The position numbers and the translations under genes were made by a program. The notes under the pieces are model-generated. The model saw only the letters and a list, made by a program, of their open reading frames with translations. It did no database searches and was not told the origin of the DNA. Below, in pieces: positions 1 to 13,645 of a DNA stretch of 64,000 nt. The first letter of the stretch is position 1, and each line of letters starts with the position of its first letter. This DNA comes from Paramecium tetraurelia (Eukaryota), in NCBI GenBank assembly GCA_000165425.1, contig CT867998.1, forward strand, positions 186,001 through 250,000. The letters are read 5' to 3'.

Positions 1-1110
1 CAATCCATAACCATTAAACCAGACATCTGCATCAGTAAAATAGTAGTCTTTTTTATTATCGAGTATATAATGAATTTTAAAAGAAAATAAATCATTAAAG
101 TGCAAGTTTGGAGATTCTTCAAACAATGTTTAACATGTCAGATCAGTGCACCATCTTATCCTACCATTTATATCAAACTATGTTTTAAGACGAATTTGAA
201 TTGTGGTTTCAATATTATTGAGAGAAGGAGTTTCAGATAAAGCAGAAATCACCTTGATATTTAATTTGCTCAAAGCAATAGTTGCTTCCAATTATAGTAT
301 AACCTATCCGGGAATTGTATTATTTATTTTAATTGGTTCTTATTTTTGATTAAATCCATTACCAGAATACCACACTTCAGTATTTTTCAAAAATTATTTA
401 CTTTTTTCACTATCTAAAATCACTTATTTTATAAAAAATGTGTCATTAATTAAGATAGAGGGAGTTACATTTAATTTTGATATGCAATCGAAGTCACCAC
501 ACCAATATAATTCAGATTATGGTGCATCGGAATTTGCTTATTCAGCTAAAATTTTATATTTGAATGATGTATCAAATAGTTTTTAAGAATCCTTAGTTGC
601 AGTAATAGTGAAATTATAGATAAATTCATATTAAAAAGCTTCTTGATTAGCTGATTCAAAAATTATTGAATAACATCCTTCATATACATTATTAATGATA
701 TTGAGTAATAAATTTTAATCTAATTGCGAAACTGGTATTTTGAATGAATATTATCTTGATTAATTAATTGAATTATTTGAAGATATAATTGGTAAGTCTG
801 ATATTAAATAAGAGGATTAGTGATCAACTTTAGAGACGTATAATACTTTAAGTTTAAGACATGTTGTTTCTGGTTTCTTTCCATCTTCTACTACCAAGCC
901 AAAGTAAATTGGATCTTCAAAGAGAGCGTCAATATAATTCACATTAATTTAAACTTCTTGTGACTCCTAAATGTAAACTGCATCTCCACTAAAAATATTA
1001 TGTGATTCATTAGTTCCAAATTTAGAGAAATATTTATTGCAATTAATTGAATTACTCTTAGAGCTCATTGCAATTACGATGAATTAGATAAACAATATGA
1101 TGTTCTTCAT
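1..1110 (-). CDS. Secreted/membrane hypothetical protein, runs off the left edge of the window
   Basis: Code-6 ORF from ATG 1110: MKNIILFIQFIVIAMSSKSNSINCNKYFSKFG..., hydrophobic signal-peptide-like N-terminus; no family recognised. Confidence 0.7.
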
Positions 1111-1727
1111 TTCTATTAATTTAATTTATATTATATAAATATAATATGTCTATTAATCAAAAAAATCCAAAATAGCTTATCTTGAAAAATAATGGATCAA
1201 ATGATGAAATTAAGAAGTACTAAATTAATATTTTATTTCATCTTACAATATATGCTTTTTTAAATACTCATAATTGTTTTAATTAAATATCTATTATGTG
1301 TTGTTTTTCTTCAAAGCTTTTTGAGAATGTCCCTCAATCTTGATTGGATGATCCAATTCATAACAGTTTGGATCTCATTTAAATCAAATTAATAAATATT
1401 GATTGGTAAAATTGAATATAATTGAAAAGGTGATTAAATTACATTTTTCACTAGGAAAAAGGAATTTGTCTAAAAGAATCAAGAGAAAACTACTTGTTAA
1501 TACTTTCGTATTAAATTATAAAATCTAAAAAATTAAATTGTTCTCTATCCTCTTATATAGGAATCTCTATTTAGAATTTTCTATTTATAAAATAAACATA
1601 AATGAATTAAAATTTTACCATAGCCCAAAGTTTATAAATGTTGTATTACCTTACTAGAATTAATTAACAAAAATCATAGATTTTGGCAATTAAGTAGATA
1701 TATATTTTAATTAAATAATTGTATTAA

Positions 1728-2867
1728 TCAAAAAGTTTATATGTCATTTATTAATTTATCAATAATTTTTTACAAATTATTCTTTTTTATTGAGATGTTG
1801 CTATTTAGAATGAAACTTTTAACACTATTGTTATTACTCAACTAAGTAAAGTATTCTCTTTGGAAAAGTCTTTTATCAAAAGTCAATACATTCATAGGTC
1901 CTAAGGGTTCACTTTATTTTTATACATGTCCCCATAAGTGCTTGTATTTAAGTAGTGCATCTTTAAATCTAGTAGGATGAAATTCCAAAGTTTTAGGTTC
2001 AACTAATTTTTCTAATTCAAAATCATCTTCACTGTCAGTATCAATTTAACCAATAGATTGCTTTTATCTTATTTTGTATTCAATCATCCTGACAACAGCA
2101 TATCGAATCTTATTTTCAACCGGCATAGGTTCTCCAACCATAAATTTTTCATGGAAGGCCTTGGCTAACTATTACTCTTTGATGTAATAAAATATCTTGC
2201 CTATTTAATCGTAGGCATTTAATTCGTAATTAGATTCATTAAAGAATAATGCGTATTTGATGAGTTTCTTGGAATAATTCAAAGCCTTCCTGAAGTTATG
2301 AATCAAAAGTGAAAGTTCTACTAGGTGTTTGTAAGCAATAATTTTGTAACGATAAACTCGATTTGAGTTGCAAAATACTAAATATTTTTACCAAATTAAG
2401 ATGGCCTTATCATATAGGAACTATTTTTCTAATATATATGCATATGTAAAAACAGCTACATTGTACAGGTTCCCAATTTTTGATTGTCGCAGATATCTTG
2501 GATTGACATAATAAATTGATTACTTTAAGACAAATGTGAATCTCTCTTCTAAATCATTTGCATCATTTAAATCGATTTGAGACAGAATTTTTAATGACTA
2601 CTACTTTCTATTGTTATATGGAGAGTTGTCATCATCATTGATCTTAAATAATTTATCTCGATCCCTTAGAAAATTAAAATCTTCTTGATAACTGGATTGT
2701 ATTTTATTTTCTTTCTTTTTTACTTAGGGCAGAGTAGCCTATGCCCAGTTCCCAACAGTTCCTAAGGTAGATTCGTCCACTTTCTTGAGTGATATCATAG
2801 AGGTGGCTCTAGTGGATCTACTAAAGTAAGTATGCTTGGTCTTAGGATTGAATAAATTTATTTTCAT
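1728..2867 (-). CDS. TPR-like helical-repeat protein (379 aa)
   Basis: Uninterrupted 1140-nt code-6 ORF; TPR-like segments KALNYSKKLIKYA..ELNAYDQIGKIFYY..LAKAFHEK. Confidence 0.7.
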
Positions 2868-2890
2868 AATAATAAAGTATTTTATATCGA

Positions 2891-3816
2891 TCATTTTATA
2901 TAGTAATTTTCTTCGTCTCCTTTTCTCATAGTGGAACCCTACATTTTGGATGAGTTCATTCTTGATTGTTACATGATGGATTGGTTCTTCATTGTTTTAT
3001 CAAGTCTTGTTATTTCTTAATTTTATTAACTGCTCAACTCTTTTCTTACATTTTAATACTTTTATAATAATCTATTATTTTATATTATAATATACTTCTC
3101 TAATTCCTATGATCTAATCTTTCTTTGTTCTTCCTATCCTGAAATAATTCTTTATTGTAAGGCACCTATTTCAGTACTTTACTTTTGTTTAAGTTGAAGA
3201 ATGAGATTTCTGATCTTGCCTGATCTTGACTGATTCCATCTTTCATACTCTTCTCTTTCCATCGATAAAATTCTTTATTAAGTTATATGAGCTTCTTGGT
3301 AACTAAATAATATTATTGGTTATATACTTTTCTTATCTTGCCAAAGATTCTTCAGTTTTTCTCAAACTCAACAATTCTGCTGAATCTTTTGGTTTAACAG
3401 GGATTGAGTTTTCTAATTCATCTGTAAATTGTTTCAATTCTTCATCGTGTCTTTGAAGAACTTATTCTTTGACTCTTTGAGCCTCTTGATCAAATTCAGC
3501 CATTTTCTGATCCCAGAATTCGTTAAATTGATTGAATTCTTCAAGATGAGCCTTCTCAATTTCTTATTTTTCATTGGTATGTCTATCCTTGACTTCATAC
3601 TTGTTTTTGGAATCCAAATCTTTTTTCAATTCCCCCAGTCTTTTTTTTGCTTAATCTGCCTCCAAATATTTTCCTGCCTTCTCACAACTCTTTTAATGAT
3701 CATACAATATTTATCTAACAATAGAATTGCAATCCTTACATATATTCTTCCAAATCTCCTGTTTAAACTGGGAGGTTGTTTGTACCCTTTCTGACTGTTG
3801 ATCTCGAATTATTCAT
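2891..3816 (-). CDS. Coiled-coil protein
   Basis: Code-6 frame with micro-introns: LYDHQKSCEKAGKYLEADQAKKRL..EKAHLEEFNQFNEFWDQKMAEFDQEA..ENYYIK*. Confidence 0.8.
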
Positions 3817-4016
3817 AAAATTATTTTTTTTCTGTTAAATTATAATTATCTTGATCTATTTTTATAAGTCCAAAATTCAAAATCATTTTTTTAAATCAAT
3901 AAAATTCAATAAGATGATCCATAAACTAAGTTACCATTCGAATTAAATAATTTATATATGATTTTTCTAATTCATACAAAAATGCAAGAAATATAATTAT
4001 CTACTTCAAATTTATT

Positions 4017-4811
4017 ATGATTTCCAGTAACAGCTAAACTTAGCTATACAGTCAGTTTGGATAAACAGTACCAAAGACACCACTCAACAGATAAAATAGA
4101 GACCAAGATCAATCGACTATTTCATAATATTAGTCTCCTACACTGAGATAGGCAATGTCCCCTAAAGTAGCCAGAGAGTATTTGAATAGCTTGAGAAGCT
4201 TCATATGTTAGTAACAATAAGCAACTCCAAAGACAGAGAGGATGAAAACAATTCCCACCCAAGAAATATTGTATTAACAGCCATATTTGTATTTCCCAGT
4301 AGCAAACAGATTTAATCAGGATATTAAATTGATGACTCCCCATAAAATTGAAGTTAGGAAATTGAATGAAGATGGAACCGTTCATTCCCTAAGATATTTT
4401 TACTTAAAATAGGCAGTTTTGGATAGTTCCAATAATATACCATAATCATAATAAATAATGATTGTAGGATAAAAACAGAGTGGCAAGAAGAAATTATTTC
4501 AAGAACTAATCAAAAGATCAATGTCAAAACTATTCAAACTATCCTTACAAACTGAATCAGGAGAAAAGACCATCAATCTCTCATTGAATGATGATATAAA
4601 ATAAACTATTAAAAGTATATTGGCAGGAGTGAAGCACTATTAATTGGTTGCTTAAGGGGAATAAAATATGATAGCTTGCAGAGGGTTGGAAGGATTCAAG
4701 AGAGACAAGAAAGATAAGGGAATCCTAATTATGTGTGTGAAACCAGGAAAGGAGTAGAAATCAGAGTGTATCAAAACTTTTAAGTTCTTAGAAGAAATTT
4801 GCAAAAATTGA
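4017..4811 (+). CDS. Hypothetical protein (264 aa) with degenerate kinesin-like motifs
   Basis: Intronless 795-nt code-6 ORF; IMIVGQKQSGKKK, LIKRSMSKLF, ILIMCVKPGKEQKSECIKTFKF. Confidence 0.7.
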
Positions 4812-4840
4812 TTATTAATGTAATAATTATATCAATATAA

Positions 4841-5796
4841 ATGGGTACTTGTTAACTAAAAAATTGCAGATGTGTGTGCTAATCGGATAGATTAGCATGC
4901 CAATGTGGAAGTTAAAATACTATTTTACTAGAAGAATAAGCAAGAGAGATTCGGAGAAGAATAAGTTCAGATTAGATGGTAAAACAGTTTAAACTATATA
5001 GAAAAGATCAAATAGATTCTCAAATGGTAAAAGCAAAACAGGATCTCCTGCTCAATCTAATTCAAGTGATTCTTAAAATAAGACCAAATTTTCTACGAAT
5101 CGGAAAGCTTCAAATAGGTCTCCAAATTCAACTGAAAGGTATTTGATGTCAGAAGAATGCAACATCCCAACAGAAAGTAGCCAACAAAAGAAAATAAGAA
5201 AACCTAAAATTAGAAATTTAAAATTTAATCGAAGCTTGACCTATTTCAGTAAAGAAGTCATAGTCTTGAAATTTTAAGATGTCATTGATTAACCATAAAG
5301 TTAAAAGGAAGTCAAAGTAGAGTCGCCGCAATTTTAAACTCTTAAGAATACCTTGGAAAATAAATAAACTTTGGATTAAATTTAATCCTTCAAGGACCCA
5401 ACAATAACAATGAAAACACCTACTACTACTGGAGCAGAATTATCCAATAATGCAACATAATCGGCCCCATTTTTCATTCAATAACCATCCATTTCTAGAG
5501 AAAGCTCACCATCTAAATAATCGCATCCAATTACTTAAGTCAGTATGGAACCAAATATAAACAAACAATCCTTATCTGTAATCACAGAACAACAGTAACT
5601 AAAAAACAGATCACACACAGCCGATCTGTCAGATGATCAAAAGAGTGTTACTCCAAGAAGTGTATTAAAATTATAGCAAAAGAACAATGATTCATTTAGA
5701 ACTTAACAATAAGAAAAGCGTAAGGTTAGATTTGATCTTCCTAATTCACATTACATCAAGGAGAGAATAAAGTAATAACAGAGATTCTTTAATTGA
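4841..5796 (+). CDS. Putative N-acylated disordered protein with PP1-docking motifs (310 aa)
   Basis: MGTCQLKNCRCVC start; one 23-nt intron restores frame; C-terminal RSVLK...RKVRF. Confidence 0.75.
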
Positions 5797-5868
5797 ATGA
5801 TTTGTTTTTAAACATATATTAATTAATTTGGGGTTCTTTTATATTAACTAAATATAAAACAAAAATGA

Positions 5869-6976
5869 TCATTTTTTCTCAAATTGCTTTTTGTACATCA
5901 GAAAACCTATAATAATTAATAAGAGTTATTTACTAATATTATTTTGAGTTAATTATTTTGGAGTTGAGATGTTTTATCTAAAATTAGTAAACTAATCAGG
6001 TTCTTCTATTTAAGGATTTCTAGTTCTATGTGAGTCCTTTATAAAAAATATTTAATACAAGATCAGTGAATTCTGTTTATAGTTTTTCACTCTAAAATTC
6101 TATATTTGATAATCCACCTATTGTTTTTGCTTGTTAGTCTTATTGGGTATCTATTTTCATCATACTATCGTCTTCCATTGTTCTTTGAGTAACTTATGTC
6201 TGTAGAGTAGGTTGAGTTTATTTCTTTTTTATGATCTTAACTTTCTTCAAAGATCCAAATATTCTACCTAACTATTCCTCAGGTTTCTCAAATTAAGTAC
6301 TTTCAAAGGCTTAGATAGCAATATTCTTTGTATTATTGTTCGATTAATCAGATTTCTTTACTGAATCCATCTATACTAAAAATTCATCAGATTTAATTGA
6401 TTTTGGAGACATTTCTGGTTCTTTTTTGCCAATCTCAATTTTATTAAATTAATTCGCTATATTTTTAAGATCCTATTCATCTGAGGTCTGCTTTTCTGAA
6501 TCCACGAATCTGAAATTGATTTCAGAAGTTGATAATCTGAATTCTTGGTTTTTGTCCTCGTAGTCATAACGATTTTCAAATTATGGAGTGGGTTATTTAA
6601 TATTAGGGGAGTTCTATTGTGAAAACAACTATTGACTCTAAGGATTTCTTGGAGTTTTGCATGGTTGGAAGATAATGTTGGCATTATAATAATGATTATT
6701 ATTTTCTTTGTCTTAAACCCTTACTTTAGTAGCTATGAGAGGTGATTGATTGGTGGGTGACATTCTTTTCTGTGGATATATGATAGCTTTTGGTTGCTAG
6801 TACTTATATTGATCGATGCACTTGAATTATTTCATGTATTTCTATTCATTTGGACTGAATTGCTGATTCACTACTACACATTTTCTTCCTTGAGGTGACC
6901 TACTGTAGCATTATTGTTGATAAGTGGGGACTACTCTTTTAGTCTAGCATTACATGTAATTGGCAAATTAATTCAT
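5869..6976 (-). CDS. Low-complexity Q/S/P-rich hypothetical protein
   Basis: Long code-6 frame MNQFANYMQCQTKRVVPTYQQQCYSRSPQGRK...; 3' intron structure uncertain. Confidence 0.6.
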
Positions 6977-7012
6977 TATGTTTAACGGTTATCTTATATA
7001 ATTATTAATTAA

Positions 7013-7805
7013 TCAATATTCATCCATTATATTGCCAAGTTCCAATAAGAGGTCCTTGACATCAACATTAAGCTATTCCTAAATCTCTTCATTGTCCAAC
7101 TCTGGGATTTCAGGTTGTTCATTTTCATTCAAAGTTTTATCTTGTTACTCATTCAAAAATTGCACCTAAAACATATGAGTTTATTTTTACCTCTTCAAGT
7201 AGGATATCATCAATTAAGGCATCAAAGATTTCTTTGAAATAAACATTATACATATTGAGCATTGGAGTAGCCAATTTGTTGATCAATTGAGTATTACGAC
7301 ACATTTCCTTTGTTGGATAATAGGGTTTTTTGGTTTATTATTGAATTTGCTCTACCTCTCTTTATAATTGTTTCAATTCTTATATATGATTTTTGTATTC
7401 TTTTTTGTCTATTTGATTCTGCGCATTGATGACTCCACAGATATGCAAATACCTATTTTTCTCCTTTTCCTTTTTTGATATTTCTTCCTCCTTTGGTTAG
7501 AGTATAAATTCTTTATAATATTGTTATCTGAGATCTTCAGTTAGTGTTGGTGGCTGAGATTACTCTTCAAAGATGGTGTTGAATTGATGTGAGGGCAATT
7601 ATTTCTTTTCTTCGAATTAATACAATTTGACTTTATCCATCAATTGTCTATGTTAGGCTTTGGCCACTGAAATGAAGGGTAGTTGAGTAGTTTTGGTGTA
7701 GTTAAAGGAACTGATTTGTTCTAGATATTTTGTTTTTGTTTATACGTATTCGTAAGGATGAGGTTCAATTTATTTCAATTCTTCTGTTGTGAATAAAATA
7801 GACAT
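7013..7805 (-). CDS. Hypothetical protein (255 aa)
   Basis: MSILFTTEELKQIEPHPYEY...FDALIDDILLEE|VQFLNE...MDEY*, one 25-nt intron. Confidence 0.75.
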
Positions 7806-7856
7806 AATAATTATAATAATACATACAGATATAAAAATTAATTAGTATTGAAAATT

Positions 7857-8522
7857 TCATTCTATTTACCCTTTTATTTTCACAGATTGCATTCTCCTTC
7901 TTTATAAGCGTTGTTACACTGAATCTTCCTACTCTTGCAAAGCTCTATGATAATCAAATTAGATAGATCACTTATTGTGCATTCTTGTAACGCGTTGAGA
8001 TTCATAACCATGATATTCTAACAATTGGTTAACTTACAATTTTTGATCTTGCTCTTTGATGTATTTGAGTTGATTTTCTACTTCCTATTATTTCTAAGAT
8101 TTCTGAACAATCGCCTATTTCGAAGAAGGAGGCAATGGAGGAACCTTATCTTAATTTTCTGAATGTGATGTCTTCTTAAGTGCTGTTTCATGTTTCAACT
8201 CTTCATAAGCAACATTCATGCATTGATTAACTGTTCCTCTCATTAATAATTGCTACGTTTTATTTTTAAAAATCAAAAACTTGTTGCTTTTAATCGATTC
8301 AAAGTATTCCACTCCGATCTACTGTATAAGATGGTAAAATACTCGATATAATTCCAACAATTGATTAACAACTTCTATGGTTACATTATTGCATTCAACT
8401 TCCATTTCTAAAAATAGGACATTCTCAGCGAAAAATGGTGGTAAATTCTTTGAATGCTCCCAGAATAAGGATTTACCAATCTCCTTGGTCTGTCTTTCCT
8501 TGGATCCATTTCTTGAACTCAT
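7857..8522 (-). CDS. Hypothetical helical/coiled-coil protein
   Basis: MSSRNGSKERQ...LLELYR|IGVEYFESIKSNKFLIFKNK...QQRLQRRRMQSVKIKGQIE*, micro-introns. Confidence 0.7.
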
Positions 8523-8707
8523 ATATAATATTTCTTAATACAATAATAAATTAAAATATATTATTGATCAAAATCAAATGTAAACGTTATTTTCATCCAT
8601 ATTCTGCCACTCAATATTCCACTATCATATATTTCGAAACCAATAAATAATTATTATTCATACATACACAACTATAAAACATTACAATTTCTACAAACCT
8701 CTTCTTC

Positions 8708-9268
8708 TCATTCTCCGTTGCAACAAAAACCAAGCAATCCCCACATACTCCTTCTATCCTTTACCTTTTTTTAAATCATGGGATGCTTCGAAGGAGTCAA
8801 TGACATGAATATTTTGTTAAAACATTTCTAAACGTTCTCTCCTGTCTTTGCAGAAACAAAATACACTGGACTTTTAGAAGTTATATCTGAACTTATGCTC
8901 AGATCCAGTAAGTCCATTTTATTTCCCACAATAAATGTTGGGATGGTTCTTAACTCATTTTCTATCAAGTGACACCAACTTTCTATTTGTTCTTAGTATT
9001 TATCTTAGGAAGCATCGAAACAAATGATCACTGCATCGATTTGGCTCATAATTCTATTCAAAATTTGTCTATAGGCTTCGCAACCACTAGTATCATAGAG
9101 TTTAAATATGTAGTTGACATTTTTGACGCCAACAATTCTTTGGTAATAATCAATTCCTATGGTTGCTTATGTTTCAAAAAGAAATTCCTCTCCCTTCAGA
9201 CATCGAACTAGGGATGATTTTCCACTCCTGGAATCCCCTATCAAAGCTACCTTAAATTGTTTTATCAT
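8708..9268 (-). CDS. Divergent Rab-family small GTPase (186 aa)
   Basis: GDSRSGKS, TIGIDY, YDTSGCE, GNKMD, VSAK; C-terminal FCCNGE; intronless 561 nt. Confidence 0.9.
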
Positions 9269-9760
9269 GAAATTATTATTTAAGGTGATATAAATTTAAG
9301 AATTTAAAACAATTTAAATTATATCATAATGCACACTATTATTATAATTACGTAACCTATTATTATCTAATGAAATTGCAGTATTATGATTGCTATTTCA
9401 TCATCATTATTCCAATTGCCATACAATGTTGTAATGATACATATTATCATTCCGTTTTATGATATCAATTTCGGAAATTTTAATTGTTACAATGATGTCT
9501 TTTCAAATGGATTCTCTTTTCTATCAGATTAGTTTCAATTTAATTTAAATCTCAAATTAAATTTTAAAATTTTGGAAATATCACATTCTCCTCTCTTTTG
9601 TTGATCTTTGTAAATGATCAATGGAGAGGTTCATTATTTCAATGAGGAAAATGTCAGAAATTGAAATAATATTTAAAAAAATTATGTTTATTGAAAAGAG
9701 ATTAGGATTATTTTGTTTAAAAAAATCATAATAAAAATAATTAATAAAGTAAATTTACGA

Positions 9761-11140
9761 ATGTCCTTCCGATTACAAGTCACAGATCCCGTCAAAGATA
9801 AAATATCAATGTTGGAAGTCGAATAAACACTTACTGTATTGGACTTAAAAGCATTAATAGAAGTTGAAGTAACCTTTATTCTTAAATCCAAGTTCCAAAT
9901 AGCTGTCGCTCGACAATAATTGATCTATGGAGGAAGATTAATGAATGATAATGATACTCTCTCAAAATATAATATGCAAAATGAAGATTTGGTTCTTATT
10001 GAAAGGAAACCCAAATAGTAAAGAACCCCATTGGAATTGGAAGCCATCAAATTCATTAAGCATTTCCAACAAAACCCCCATTTGATTGAGGCCATCAGAA
10101 TCAAAGATCCCAAACTTGCAGAATCAATAGAAAAAAAGAAATTAGCAGGTGTCATGGAATACATTTAGAATTAAGTATTGTTATTCATTCATTTTAGCAA
10201 TAAAAAAAATTCTAAGAGTAACAAGAATACATCAGGAAAATGTAACAATTGGAGTAGGATCCTCTAAACCCTGAAAATCAGAAGCTAATTGAAGAAATGA
10301 TCAACAAAAAAAATATTGAAGAAAATCGAGAATATGCAGAAGAATACATTCCAGAAAGTTTTGGAACTGTTACTATGTTATACATTGAACTCTCAATAAA
10401 TCGTCATCCAGTATAGGCCTTTGTTGATAGTGGTGCACAAAGTACAATCATGTCCAAAGCATGTGCAGAGAGATGTGGAATCATGAGATTGGTTGATACT
10501 CGTTTTTAAGGTATCGCTCAAGGAGTGGGTACATAAAAAATCATTGGAAGAATTCATGTCGTTGAAATGTAGATATTGGATCAAGTAATCAATTCATTTT
10601 AATAATTAGTTTTTGCCATGTTCTTTGACTATTTTAGATGGAGATGGCATCGATTTCCTGTTTGGCTTAGACATGCTCAAACGATATTAAGTAATTATTC
10701 ACTCTAACCATTAGTGCAATATCAATTTGAAGGATAATTGTTTAATCTTTCCAAATGAAAAATTGAGCGTTTAATTTCTTCCAGAAGGCTAAATTAATAA
10801 AAGAATAAGTATTTAATAGGAAGAGGAAATCTTAAAAAGACAAAACAGTGACTCATAGATACAAGAGGAGTAGCCTATCAAAACCTCAAATCAGCCATAA
10901 TAGCAATAATAACCATAACCATAATAATAATAATAGCAATAATAATAACAATAATAATAATAAAAATAATAATAACCAAGTGCGATTAAAAGTAATTCCA
11001 GATATCCAGAATCTTCAATTTAGGCAATTATCAATCTTGGTGTCACTAGAGCTGAAGCAATAGTTGTATTGGATTAAACAAATGGAAATATAGAACTAGC
11101 AGCATCTATTATAATGTAGTAAAAATATGGTTTCAACTGA
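9761..11140 (+). CDS. DDI1: DNA-damage-inducible protein 1 (UBL - retroviral-type aspartyl protease - UBA)
   Basis: UBL ([21 protein letters not shown]), [47 protein letters not shown]-terminal UBA; 4 micro-introns. Confidence 0.95.
10895..10978 (+). repeat. Polyglutamine tract (TAA/TAG/CAA triplet repeat) in the DDI1 linker
   Basis: ...cca taa tag caa taa taa cca taa cca taa taa taa taa tag caa... in the DDI1 frame. Confidence 0.85.
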
Positions 11141-11782
11141 AAAGTTCATCGTAATTATGCTTCAATTATATAATATAATTATGTTTTAAATTTGCTATCT
11201 CTTTTTTATATTATTCTTTTTTGATCATTTTTATTCTTCCAGATTTATTGAATCACTACATAAATGAAATTATGATCAATTATCATGAAATTCATTTTTT
11301 TTCAATTAGATTCTATTTACAAATTCACTTTTTTACAATTATCCAATTGTTATTTCTTTAATATCAAAGGATCATAAAATACTTATTCTCCTAAAGAATT
11401 CATCTGATACTTTCATATCATGAGAAGGACGAGGCTCTTATACTAATTTTATCTACTAATCATATTAATCCAATTCATAGGATTTTCACTTAAATTTTTT
11501 TATTCCATATTTTCAGAAGTCTATTTGAACTTTAAACACTCTAATTTTAGCAAGAATTTATCCCATTATAAAAAGTTGCTAAAAGCAAGAAAATTCTTAC
11601 TGAACTTAACTTCAAACTTCTTAGGTTCTCTTTTCCTTTTTTTGTCAATTATAATACATTGATTGAACAAACTTAAAACAGTTGCCTTAAGTAATTAATC
11701 GTAATTTAAATGAAAAATACATAATGAATAATTGAAATTAAAACAATATTTATTCTATTGAGTAATAAATAATAAACACAAA

Positions 11783-13645
11783 TCATTATTATTTCTATCT
11801 TAAGGAGTGTAGAAACATATAAGCAAACATCCTTATAACAAGGAATAAGGCAATTAAGATTCCTACTGATTCCCACTAACCTACATTAAATCCTAAGACA
11901 TCATTTGGGTCACCAAAATCATATGATCTACTTTGAAATTCATTTCTGGCTATTGCTTCAAAGGAATACTTAATTGGACTTACATATTAAATCCATCCAA
12001 TCCAATTGTAGAATTGCTTAGGATTTGCATAAAAACCAGAAAAAGCAAATAATGGCAGCAAAGCTAATGGAACAAACCCTGTTGCTGCTTTTATATCATT
12101 AAATGCACAGCCTGCCATCAAACCAATACTATTTCCATTCAAGCATGTCAAAACCGCAATGAATATATGAGTAATCACAATTCCACCATTCATATGGTTT
12201 AAACCAACCATCCAATAAAGGATTAGTTCTTAAATTATTGGAGTGATTAGACAAAAAGGTATTTCTACAAAGGATTTCCCCATAAAATAAGAAAATGTTG
12301 TGTAAAGTTTTGAGTTCTCCTCTCTTAAGAAAACATCCCTCTCAGTGGCAAACTACAAAACTACTGGGAATAAAGAACTAAAAGTCATATTCATGCACAA
12401 GAAAAACAACAAGCCTGCCATGCTTGAATAATCAACGTAGGTTCCCTAAGTAGATCCAATACCATAATATGTTCCTCCTATGAGGAGTCCCATAAACAAT
12501 GCCATTCCAAATCTTTATCTAATTAGTAATTTATCTCTAAAATAAGATTTAAGTGCTCTTTTTGCTATAAGATTTATTTAATATAAGGTTGAAGTCTCTA
12601 CTTTTTTGAATTATATCTGAGACTTTGAGGATGATTCAATTTCCTTTTGCACTTTTGATGCCCATTAATTATCATATTCTTTAAAATAAGTTTGAAAATT
12701 ATCCACATTAGTTTGACTCTCCTAATGCATTATACTAATCATGTAATCTAAAGGGTTACTATGATCTGGACAACTAAATCCTATTCCTTAAAAATAATCA
12801 ACTAAATTTGATCTTGGTCCCTAATAAATGAACTTTCCTTAAACCAATAGCATAATTCGATCAAAAAGCAAATAAATATCTGATGATGGTTAATGTATTG
12901 TAAATACAATAGTTCTATCCTGGTCATGAGCTAAAAGAGTCAATTCATGTCTAGATTAAATAATTATAATTACATAATTTGGAAGGCTGTGAATGAGTCT
13001 AATCCAGAAGTAGGTTCATCAAGTAGAATACAACTAGGATTAGTCACAAGTTCAAATCCAATTGAAGTCCTCTTCTTTTCTCCTCCTGAAATACCTTTAA
13101 GATTTGGTCCTCCTATTATGGCATTCTAACATCTTTCTAATTTCATGGTCTTTATTGTGTCTTCAACTCTTTTTAATTTCAGGTCTGGATCAGTGTACTT
13201 TAAATTGGCTACAAACTCTAAAGCCTCTCTTGGAGACAGTGTCTCGAATAATACATCATTCTGCATAACATAAGCAGCAAAATTAGAAAATGTTTCAGAG
13301 TTGTACTCTATATTATTCACAAACACTTTTCCTGTCAATCTGGCTGTTTTAGTATTGGAGATTCTTGCAGATAGAATATTTAAGAGAGAAGTTTTTCCAG
13401 CTCCTGATGCTCCCAATATTGCAGTTACTTCTCCTCCCTTACAAAAGCCATCTAAATTATTTAATATCTGTCTTGATTCTTTATATTAAAATAAAGTTAT
13501 TACATCCTTTAGTATCAACTACGGAATAATTTATATTTTTAAATGCTAAATCCACCACTTTTCTTGATCTGAGGCTCTTAGAACTCATAGCAGTTTCATT
13601 TAACCGTGCTATTTCTATTTATTGCTGAACTGTGATTTCTTACAT
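11783..13645 (-). CDS. ABCG (white-family) half transporter
   Basis: Walker [20 protein letters not shown], signature [30 protein letters not shown]-terminal multi-TM domain. Confidence 0.95.

Noticed and set aside
10848..11063. Poly-Asn ORF in the track
   Set aside because: It is an off-frame reading of the DDI1 polyglutamine linker
11141..11782. Long AT-rich gaps (also 1111-1727 and 23813-24394) as retained IESs or transposons
   Set aside because: No terminal inverted repeats, transposase motifs or interrupted gene; cannot be supported from sequence alone
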